Shown here piece by piece: positions 46,791 to 54,110 of a stretch of DNA of 64,000 nucleotides. Location: the IMG/VR virus record IMGVR_UViG_2806310790_000002, one strand, 5' to 3'. Origin of the DNA: an uncultured virus (IMG/VR IMGVR_UViG_2806310790_000002) (lineage: Duplodnaviria > Heunggongvirae > Uroviricota > Caudoviricetes). The notes under the pieces were generated by a model. That model searched no databases. It was not told where the DNA came from and saw nothing but the letters and a program-made list of their open reading frames with translations. Both the position numbers and the translations under genes were made by a program. The stretch's first letter is position 1; each line of letters opens with the position of its first letter.

Positions 46791-46979
46791 AGGGATAAGT
46801 AGGAGTCGAACCTACACAAGTATCGTCTGCTTTCTCGCTTTCGTCCGTAGATTGGTTATCCTACGATTCTTAAACTACTCAACCTGTTACTAACAGCACC
46901 GGTCTTGATGACATCCATTCTTATGTACACTTAGAATTTCCGTTCATTTAATCTTAGCGCCCTATGATCATTTTATCCC
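46791..46979 (-). ncRNA. 189-nt tRNA-like RNA with a large internal insert
   Basis: Acceptor GGGATAA/TTATCCC + T, perfect T-arm GTAGG-TTCGACT-CCTAC, D-like arm TGATC/GATTA; ~130 nt with several hairpins replaces the anticodon/variable region. Confidence 0.7.
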
Positions 46980-46983
46980 TACG

Positions 46984-47105
46984 TGGTGGTAGCAGGACTT
47001 GAACCTGCAATGATAGGTTTAGCGACTGAGCTGTTGTTAGCTTCCTCAGCGTCCTATTCAGTACTATCTACCGCAATGTATCGTTTACCATTCCGACATA
47101 CCACC
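46984..47105 (-). tRNA. 122-nt class II-like tRNA-like RNA, anticodon unassignable
   Basis: Acceptor GGTGGTA/TACCACC + A, D-arm TCG-GAATGGTAAA-CGA, T-arm GCAGG-TTCAAGT-CCTGC; weak anticodon stem; ~50-nt hairpin variable arm. Confidence 0.7.
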
Positions 47106-47220
47106 AAATTTGCGTGTCTTTCCACGCTGTCAGATTTGCAGCTACCGGCTAAATACATGGAGTTGAACCATATGCAATTTACCATAATCTCAATCACCGA
47201 GCCGACTTGAACGGCATTAG

Positions 47221-47290
47221 AGCGGAAACAGGGAATCGAACCCCACTCTTTGGCTGGAATGCCAACGCTCTACCGATGAGCTATTTCCGC
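47221..47290 (-). tRNA. tRNA-Gly(TCC)-like gene with a 6-nt anticodon loop
   Basis: GCGGAAA-TA-GCTC-ATCGGTA-GAGC-G-TTGGC-ATTCCA-GCCAA-AGAG-TGGGG-TTCGATT-CCCTG-TTTCCGC-T; no encoded CCA. Confidence 0.8.
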
Positions 47291-47376
47291 AAATGCTTGT
47301 CTATTCCAAGCTGTCAATGGTTTCCGTTTTCAATTGACGTGTGTATCCATAACCATAAAAAGCCTCACACATATCT

Positions 47377-47781
47377 TTAAAACAAACTAGCTTGTTCGTA
47401 CTTAGGCTCTTTCTTCTCAACTACCCCAAACTCCGTTATTTTAATGCCAGTATTTTCAGTAAGCCATTTTGCCAAAATATGACGATGGCAAAAATCACCC
47501 GGTTTTTCGTAACAGCAGAGAGCGACATCTTTACCTTCACTTAACGATTCTATTTGTTCGATTACCTTATAAGCATCTTGATTTGCAAGAATCTCATCAT
47601 AAAGTCTAAGATACTCATCATGAGAACATGCAGCACTTATCATATACCTTGTTGGAGCCACATTAACCATTTGTGGTACTCCACTAATAAATCTTGGCCT
47701 TCCAATAGCTACGCAAATAATTTTAACTCCTGCCTCTTTCAATTTTCGGTTATTACCGAAATAACTTGTGTAAATTTTCAT
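47377..47781 (-). CDS. DUF488-family protein; likely start MKIYTSYF
   Basis: IYTSYF, VAPT, ALCCYEKPGDFCHRHILAKWL motifs. Confidence 0.8.
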   Translation of the reverse strand: MKIYTSYFGNNRKLKEAGVKIICVAIGRPRFISGVPQMVNVAPTRYMISAACSHDEYLRLYDEILANQDAYKVIEQIESLSEGKDVALCCYEKPGDFCHRHILAKWLTENTGIKITEFGVVEKKEPKYEQASLF

Positions 47782-47805
47782 TGCTCTTTTTTTATTTTTA
47801 TGGTG

Positions 47806-47842
47806 TAAAGATACAAAATATGACATAAAAAGCGTCACTTTT
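47806..47842 (-). promoter_or_regulatory. Promoter -7-like box TATCTTTA plus palindromic operator (copy 5)
   Basis: aaatatgac-N9-gtcactttt; heads the DUF488 / tRNA-like / MTase / terminase unit. Confidence 0.7.
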
Positions 47843-47856
47843 AGTCATAAAATTAC

Positions 47857-48042
47857 CTAATTTGATGATTTTATTGTCTCAACTTTGTAACATTTCATCA
47901 TGTGATCTGTTTCTCGTCCCATGTTAAAGATATTACCGAGATAGTATCTATGGGCTTCTTGTTCTGATAAGTTGATAGGGGTAACGAACCAGTCTTTATT
48001 GCCTTGTTCGTCTTTTAAATACACTTTTACTGTTGTTCTCAT
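47857..48042 (-). CDS. Small hypothetical protein
   Basis: 61 aa; AGAGCAATG start. Confidence 0.7.
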   Translation of the reverse strand: MRTTVKVYLKDEQGNKDWFVTPINLSEQEAHRYYLGNIFNMGRETDHMMKCYKVETIKSSN

Positions 48043-48046
48043 TGCT

Positions 48047-48238
48047 CTATATTTTACTAAAGTACTTAATTAATTTAAAAACAAGATATTCAGGAGAAAT
48101 ACTTTTAGCTTCACAAAAAGCAAGAATATCCTCTTTTTTTATATTTAAGATTTCAATTCCTTGAATATCAATTTCTTGTATTTGGGTTATTTCTTCACAA
48201 TAATCTATACGATTGAATCTGTCTTTGTAATCATTCAT
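48047..48238 (-). CDS. Small hypothetical protein
   Basis: 63-aa AT-rich ORF. Confidence 0.55.
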   Translation of the reverse strand: MNDYKDRFNRIDYCEEITQIQEIDIQGIEILNIKKEDILAFCEAKSISPEYLVFKLIKYFSKI

Positions 48239-48273
48239 AATTTGTATCGTTATTAGTTATTATACTCTATATT

Positions 48274-48558
48274 TTATCCATTATATGATGCTGTTATTTC
48301 TTTAGCATGAAGTTCTTTTTTCAACTCACCGTTCTTGTATATTCTTACAGATACGATTCTAACCGTATCGGACAGGAAACGTCCACAATCATTGGTTAAC
48401 TTCACTTTTAGCTTGATTGCCTTGGCTAAACTTTTTGTACGCTTCTTGATTGTATCTTTGAATCCGAAAACGAAATCTTCGGTATCAATTTCAAACTGAT
48501 ATATATCAGAATACAATATCTGATTCAGGTCTGATGTCATTTGCTCTATCTTACTCAT
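48274..48558 (-). CDS. Hypothetical protein
   Basis: 94-aa ORF. Confidence 0.65.
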   Translation of the reverse strand: MSKIEQMTSDLNQILYSDIYQFEIDTEDFVFGFKDTIKKRTKSLAKAIKLKVKLTNDCGRFLSDTVRIVSVRIYKNGELKKELHAKEITASYNG

Positions 48559-48564
48559 ATTATA

Positions 48565-48831
48565 TCATTTCAAATTAAGGAACTTCGCAACCTTATTGGT
48601 TACGCCTGCCGGAGTTGAACAATAAGAAGCGGGTTCAACAGCACGTTCTTTACCATCTTGCCAATAGGTAATTTGAATTTGAATTCTATTCGGGGTAAAG
48701 ATGTAATATATGCGAGCATATCTGCTTCCATTACGAATATCTCCCTCGAAATAATTGTAACGGTGTCCATCAAATGTTATCGCAGATTTAAGTTCTGCTT
48801 TGCTTGCGGGAGTAAGATTATTTGTTGTCAT
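48565..48831 (-). CDS. Hypothetical protein
   Basis: 88 aa; AGAGCAATG start; own TATCTTTA promoter at about 48866-48873. Confidence 0.7.
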   Translation of the reverse strand: MTTNNLTPASKAELKSAITFDGHRYNYFEGDIRNGSRYARIYYIFTPNRIQIQITYWQDGKERAVEPASYCSTPAGVTNKVAKFLNLK

Positions 48832-48936
48832 TGCTCTTATTGATTAATTTGTTATTTTTGATATGTAAAGATACAAATAATATATTGAATATCAATATAT
48901 TACATCTAAAATATCATCTTATTAAACTTTGTTTAA

Positions 48937-49176
48937 CTATTTCATTTTCAGATACTTGGAAGTCAATATATACTTGCTTTTTTCAACTTCTTTGTCGGTA
49001 TCAATTCCAAGTTGACGATAGAACGAGGAATTTCCGGAAAGACTTTCATTTGCAATTTGCAGTGTTCTGCGTTCTTCTTTGGTGAATCCGATGCGAAAAG
49101 TGCAAAAGATCGCCAATGCTTCTTTCAGGCGACCAGAGCGGAACTGGGATATGGCTTTACTTGTTTTCGTTTGCAT
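48937..49176 (-). CDS. Hypothetical protein; likely start MQTKTSK
   Basis: FRIGFTKEERRTLQIA..FYRQLGID pattern. Confidence 0.65.
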   Translation of the reverse strand: MQTKTSKAISQFRSGRLKEALAIFCTFRIGFTKEERRTLQIANESLSGNSSFYRQLGIDTDKEVEKSKYILTSKYLKMK

Positions 49177-49207
49177 TGCTGTTTTTAGTAATATCATTGC
49201 ACCCCAT

Positions 49208-49393
49208 TCAATAGTTTTCATCTACTTTCTTTTCGACACGTTTGACAAACCTACCTATCATCTTTTCCAACTCATATCGCAAATCATCCTTATCTAGATA
49301 CGAACAGAAGGTCTTAGCATTATCCAATGATTGCAGAATATTACTTACCGCATACTCTTGTTTGTCAGTAAGGCTTAATAATGATATGTTCAT
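49208..49393 (-). CDS. Small hypothetical protein
   Basis: Coupled to the upstream DUF3560-like gene. Confidence 0.6.
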   Translation of the reverse strand: MNISLLSLTDKQEYAVSNILQSLDNAKTFCSYLDKDDLRYELEKMIGRFVKRVEKKVDENY

Positions 49394-50040
49394 ACTTGTT
49401 CTCCCCATAACTTTTTAGCCAGTTCGTATTTCTTTTGCAGTTCGTTCACCTCTTTCTTGGCATAAGTGAGAGTATACGCATGTTCACGTGGATATTTGCC
49501 AGACTTTACACCTTCATGGTATTCTTTAGCTTGTTCCAACTTGTGTTCGTAGAAGTCGATACTTTCTGGCATTGAGAGATTAATCGTATTGGCTCTTTCT
49601 TCCCAATATTTGGCTACTCTTTCATGTTCGGCAGCTTTATTACTAAGCTCAACGCTTTTCCCCATGTTATTCCAAGCATCATCTATCATTTTGCGATGTC
49701 CTCGTTCGCTATGGTGTCCAACTTTGATAGGCTCACCCAAAGAAAGGAAATCGCGATGTTTATTTGATTTCTGAAAATACTCATTACTTTTTTGTACTGC
49801 CGATGACGCCCATTCATGCCTGCGTTCCGCTCTTTGCTTCGCCCATTCCTGAACATTGAATCCGTCAGCTCTTACGATAGAGTAATAGTAAAAACCGTCT
49901 TTCTCGAAAATCAGATTGAAAACTATGTTTTCGTTTTCTTTGCCATACTTGGTGGTAACTAGAATTACTTCACCTCTCTTGTGCTTTTCTTCGCACCTTG
50001 CCAAAAATACGTTTGGCGCAAATTTGTAATATGTGTTCAT
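49390..50040 (-). CDS. DUF3560-like protein
   Basis: LGEPIKVGHHSERGHR signature. Confidence 0.8.
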   Translation of the reverse strand: MNTYYKFAPNVFLARCEEKHKRGEVILVTTKYGKENENIVFNLIFEKDGFYYYSIVRADGFNVQEWAKQRAERRHEWASSAVQKSNEYFQKSNKHRDFLSLGEPIKVGHHSERGHRKMIDDAWNNMGKSVELSNKAAEHERVAKYWEERANTINLSMPESIDFYEHKLEQAKEYHEGVKSGKYPREHAYTLTYAKKEVNELQKKYELAKKLWGEQV

Positions 50041-50060
50041 TGCTCTTATATATTAAATCG

Positions 50061-50249
50061 TTATGCTATTTCGAATTTGCAGTTAGGATTATATGTTTCT
50101 AGTCTTTTGAGAATGTCTTCTGCACTCTTTTCTAAACCGATAAAAGTGTAGAATGTAGGTTGGGCGTATCTTTCGCCATTCTTCTTGATTGAATAAATAA
50201 ATGCTCCTTTAGATAAACCTTTCGAATTTGTGTACTTTGTTGCTTTCAT
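50061..50249 (-). CDS. Small hypothetical protein (start lies inside repeat copy B)
   Basis: 62 aa; AGAGCAATG start. Confidence 0.65.
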   Translation of the reverse strand: MKATKYTNSKGLSKGAFIYSIKKNGERYAQPTFYTFIGLEKSAEDILKRLETYNPNCKFEIA

Positions 50250-50383
50250 TGCTCTTGTCTTTTAATTGTTAGTAATATTGGTTTCTTTTAGTATTGTAAA
50301 GATACTCATTATCAGTGATTTAGCCAAATATTTACACAATTATTTTAAGTATAAAACACTCATAATCAAAGATTTAACTTTTG
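50238..50383. repeat. 146-bp direct repeat, copy B
   Basis: Matches 42245-42390 with one mismatch. Confidence 0.95.
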
Positions 50384-50563
50384 CTTACAATACAACCAAC
50401 ACACACCAAAACAATAGTAGCCTATGCGTTTAACCCTTATTTTTCATCCATTTCTTTGCGCATCTCTGCAATCTATTTAGTATATCCGTTTCCGTTGCGT
50501 CAATCTTCTTGTATTTCTCCGGGATGCATGTATTCTTATTTCTAATTATCCTTTCAGTTTTTC

Positions 50564-50761
50564 TCATGATTTTTTACATTTTTCAGACCATTCGTCAAGT
50601 AAAAGTTTGGAAAACTTGTACATTAACACAATTATAAGTACTATTAGTATAAATCCAAATACAATTCTAGCTAACAAGAACTGTTCAACAGACCAACGTA
50701 TAGCAAAAATCGCAGGTAAAAATAGTGTAGCTATAACACCCGCTATGATCTTATTCTTCAT
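50564..50761 (-). CDS. Small two-TM membrane protein
   Basis: Two hydrophobic stretches. Confidence 0.6.
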   Translation of the reverse strand: MKNKIIAGVIATLFLPAIFAIRWSVEQFLLARIVFGFILIVLIIVLMYKFSKLLLDEWSEKCKKS

Positions 50762-50762
50762 T

Positions 50763-50969
50763 TCATATCTCCTTCCGACTATTTATCCTGTTCACTTTGA
50801 TTTTTTTCTTTCTCAAATATTGCCAAGCAGCAATTATTGACCAGAATAGATTGAATGACGTTACAATTACAAGAATACCTGTCAACCATGATATGTTCAA
50901 GTGATAAGATATCAGGCAACATATAAATGACAACCAAAACGTTATCTCTTCAAATTGATAATCTTTCAT
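50763..50969 (-). CDS. Small two-TM membrane protein
   Basis: Two hydrophobic stretches, basic tail. Confidence 0.6.
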   Translation of the reverse strand: MKDYQFEEITFWLSFICCLISYHLNISWLTGILVIVTSFNLFWSIIAAWQYLRKKKIKVNRINSRKEI

Positions 50970-50970
50970 T

Positions 50971-51171
50971 TTATTCCTCCTTTTTTAATTCTTCACAATG
51001 CAACTTATAAGCATAGGCAAACATCTTCAAAGTAATAGGTTCAAAGTGAAAGTCTGCCTGCTTGCCCTCTACCACAACAGAGACACACAAATCTCCATCA
51101 CAAAAATCGAAATACGCCACAGCATCGTTATCTCCTTTGATAGAAAAGGTTTGTGTCTGTACGCTATCCAT
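50971..51171 (-). CDS. Hypothetical protein
   Basis: 66-aa ORF in tightly packed operon. Confidence 0.65.
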   Translation of the reverse strand: MDSVQTQTFSIKGDNDAVAYFDFCDGDLCVSVVVEGKQADFHFEPITLKMFAYAYKLHCEELKKEE

Positions 51172-51577
51172 GGTTCACCTCCTTCTCTTTAAAGTGTTCG
51201 ATTAGCTCTTTTACGGTTGCCTTGTGAATGGTATCTGTGTTAACATCAATATCATTGTAAGCCCAATAAGTAGAGAACTTGATTTCCGGACACATAATCC
51301 ATTTATCCCCATCCGTAAACCATTGGTACTTGTCTGTATCATCCCTGAGTGAAGCGATAGACAAGAAAAGTTCCTCGTTGGCTCCGCAATCAATAGAACG
51401 AGATAGTTCTTCCAAATACCCTAAAGGTCTATTTAAATAATATTCTCTATTTACAAATAGATAATTCCCTCTATCATCGTCTATACATTCAGGATGCAAA
51501 TAATATCCCAACTCTTCCAACTTCTTCCTAAGCTCCGGTGTATTTTTGCGTATAAAGCACGGTGTAGTAAATCCCAT
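51164..51577 (-). CDS. Hypothetical protein
   Basis: MGFTTPCFIRKNTPELRKKLEELGY...HKATVKELIEHF, a pattern typical of Bacteroides phages. Confidence 0.75.
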   Translation of the reverse strand: MGFTTPCFIRKNTPELRKKLEELGYYLHPECIDDDRGNYLFVNREYYLNRPLGYLEELSRSIDCGANEELFLSIASLRDDTDKYQWFTDGDKWIMCPEIKFSTYWAYNDIDVNTDTIHKATVKELIEHFKEKEVNHG

Positions 51578-51588
51578 AATTTGCTAAT

Positions 51589-51795
51589 TTAATCAATCCA
51601 TATAACTTTAAGAATTAACACAAGAAAGGACAATCCGATTGCTCCTAATGTAAAAGCACCGAATGTTTTTACAACATTGTTTAGCTTTTGGCTATTCCTA
51701 GATTCTTTGTCCCAGTTAACTGCTATTGTTAGTCCTAATTGTACAAATATCATTGTTATTGCTATTGAAAATAACACTTTTAATAAGTAATCCAT
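51589..51795 (-). CDS. Small two-TM membrane protein
   Basis: Hydrophobic segments. Confidence 0.6.
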   Translation of the reverse strand: MDYLLKVLFSIAITMIFVQLGLTIAVNWDKESRNSQKLNNVVKTFGAFTLGAIGLSFLVLILKVIWID

Positions 51796-51797
51796 AG

Positions 51798-52145
51798 TTA
51801 TTCCTCCTTCTGTTCACTCACTTCCTTAACAAACTCATCAAACTCGACTTGTAGGCGATTCATTTCTTTTTTCGCTTCAACCACTTCTTCTAGAGTATAA
51901 TCTTGCTGATTTTCAATCACGCCAAAACATTGAAACACCAAGTCTTTATCTCGCTTTTCAAGAATTTCAGAGAACGGTCTGACAAAGAGAGGATTCTGCA
52001 AATCTAACCGTGCTTCTTTTCTTGCGCACTCGGCACGATATTCTATATAATCTTCCTCAGTCATATCGTAATGAGTGAGATTATCCACTATACTACTCCA
52101 ACGGCAGAGCAATCCGTTAGGTTGTCTTGCTATAAATGATCCCAT
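51798..52145 (-). CDS. Hypothetical protein
   Basis: FIARQPNGLLCRWSSIVD..MTEEDYI motif. Confidence 0.7.
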   Translation of the reverse strand: MGSFIARQPNGLLCRWSSIVDNLTHYDMTEEDYIEYRAECARKEARLDLQNPLFVRPFSEILEKRDKDLVFQCFGVIENQQDYTLEEVVEAKKEMNRLQVEFDEFVKEVSEQKEE

Positions 52146-52335
52146 AATTATTACTGTTTCTTATATGTTTCTTTTAGTATTGTTGGCATAGTTAATCCTC
52201 CCATTCTTCGTCTTCGTATTGCATACAATATCCTAATAAGTTCAACTCTGGATCGTCCAATAAACATTCTTCTTGGTGTACACAATTCATGCAGCACCAT
52301 TCGTCTGATAATATACTCATTGTTATTCGTTTTAA

Positions 52336-52593
52336 CTACTTTGTTACTATTGTTCTATCACCCCTTACTACTTTCATCTTAGGCTTCTTAAACTGTTTGT
52401 CGCACGATGTATAAGGAAGCCAATACGATCTATCTTCATAATAATCTAAGTCAATGGGAACAAGATGAAATAATTCGTGATCAAAGTCTAGTCCTATCAA
52501 CATACATTCAATATCTATTTCTGGGTGCTTTTGGTGCCAGATAATGATTTCGCTATGCCGATAAGAGTAATGAATAAATTGATTGCGAGTCAT
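52336..52593 (-). CDS. Hypothetical protein
   Basis: 85-aa ORF. Confidence 0.65.
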   Translation of the reverse strand: MTRNQFIHYSYRHSEIIIWHQKHPEIDIECMLIGLDFDHELFHLVPIDLDYYEDRSYWLPYTSCDKQFKKPKMKVVRGDRTIVTK

Positions 52594-52640
52594 GATTAAA
52601 TCATTTTTTGTTTTTAATTGTTACCTTAGTTATTCCCATA

Positions 52641-53033
52641 TTAATCTCCTTTCTCTTTAATCCGTTCTAATACATCTCTGTTGGCTTCAAGTATTTCATC
52701 GAAAGAAGGGATAGGCATCCATCCGACAACATCATATACATATCCAAATCCATATATAAGCCAGCTCTTGTTTCTTAAATTGCAACAAGATTCACAGATT
52801 GACCCATTATTACGGACAACTAAAACACGTTGTTTTTCTTCCGGCAATCGTTCTTTCACGCTTATCCACGGTGATTGCTTCGACTGCCATTCTGCACCAC
52901 ACTGAAAATCCTCCATACAATTATCATGTCTGGAAACATAGTTATCTGCGTCCACTTCTTTTAGAACGTCTTTTCTGAATTTCGTTTTATGAGTAGCATA
53001 ATCATACGCTGCTTCTTCTAATGTCTGTTTCAT
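52641..53033 (-). CDS. DUF551-domain protein, paralog 1
   Basis: WISVKERLPE...VVGWMPIP. Confidence 0.8.
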   Translation of the reverse strand: MKQTLEEAAYDYATHKTKFRKDVLKEVDADNYVSRHDNCMEDFQCGAEWQSKQSPWISVKERLPEEKQRVLVVRNNGSICESCCNLRNKSWLIYGFGYVYDVVGWMPIPSFDEILEANRDVLERIKEKGD

Positions 53034-53049
53034 ATTATGGTTTATTAGA

Positions 53050-53613
53050 TTAATATTTCTTCCCGTGCATTTTTTCACGGAGTTCGTTATACTTCATTTT
53101 CTGCTCGATGTGCCACATAAGGTCAATACTAAGATATTTAGCAAGTCCAAAGATTTCAAGCAGAAGCATTTCTGGTACGACACACGAGCGTATAAAGACT
53201 TCATTATTTGAAGTAATAAACTTTATGATATGGAATATTGATTCTGTAAATGATTTATTACAGTAGGTCGCAGAATATTCTGATATTGTTTCCTCGTCGA
53301 ATGCATCCTCGTCTAAGTCAATTCCTAGAAGTCCATATAAATCAAGCAGGCGTATGCAGGCATCGGCAAGCTCTTCGGCAACTGTACCTTTAATGCAGTA
53401 GTCATATACCTGCTTTAAGTTATTCTTTGGATATGATATACCGCAGTTAAATTGCTCTATAAGAGGCTGTTTCCCTTTTCTATCCGCTTCCACAGCCTCC
53501 ATTAGCTCCGATATTACTAGGCAAAGACAATGTTCATTGCTCAACTCCTGATCGTGAAATCCATGCTCACAAGCGTTTTTGTAGGACTTATCTCTTAATT
53601 CGTTTAAATTCAT
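53050..53613 (-). CDS. MazG-like nucleotide pyrophosphohydrolase
   Basis: ISELMEAVEADRK and EELADACIRLLD motifs; KMKYNELR. Confidence 0.8.
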   Translation of the reverse strand: MNLNELRDKSYKNACEHGFHDQELSNEHCLCLVISELMEAVEADRKGKQPLIEQFNCGISYPKNNLKQVYDYCIKGTVAEELADACIRLLDLYGLLGIDLDEDAFDEETISEYSATYCNKSFTESIFHIIKFITSNNEVFIRSCVVPEMLLLEIFGLAKYLSIDLMWHIEQKMKYNELREKMHGKKY

Positions 53614-53754
53614 TTCTATTTTATATTGATAAAAGGGCACGATTTCCAAGAGAAGTATAAATTGTCACATTTAAAACTTTATCGTCAAAAATGGAGAACG
53701 TGCCCATATTATTATTACTTTTGTTATGTCACATTTAAATATTAATTTATCGTT

Positions 53755-54000
53755 ATGAAATTAACAGAAGAACAAAAATTAAAACTTCAGCAAAACCTAA
53801 AAGGAAAAGGAATTTGCTCTAACTGTGGATTTGCTGGCGGCATAGAGCCTCTAAATGCACAATTTCAACTGCAATCCCCTGTAATTAACAATGGAGTGAT
53901 TGATCTCAATTCACCAGTTAATTCATGGCCTGTTATTGCCGTTAGATGCCCTAAATGCGGATTAATTTCGCTTTTTGACGCTAACTTCCTTGACATTTAA
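53755..54000 (+). CDS. Small zinc-ribbon protein on the opposite strand (moron)
   Basis: CSNC...CPKC; + strand TACTTTTG box at about 53716-53723. Confidence 0.7.
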   Translation: MKLTEEQKLKLQQNLKGKGICSNCGFAGGIEPLNAQFQLQSPVINNGVIDLNSPVNSWPVIAVRCPKCGLISLFDANFLDI

Positions 54001-54110
54001 CCATTGTAGTACTCGCAATGGTTGCAATCTTTTGGACTGCCGTACTTGTTTTAAACTTGTACGGCTTTTTTCTATATTCTTCATTTCTATTTTGATTTGA
54101 ATTAAACTTC

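Noticed and set aside
46791..46979. tmRNA or group I intron-containing tRNA
   Set aside because: Too short, no G3:U70 alanine determinant, no evident tag ORF, and no recognisable group I core
46512..47210. + strand ORFs 46512-46754 and 46983-47210
   Set aside because: They are antisense to the tRNA-like/stem-loop array; the translations are typical tRNA shadow ORFs
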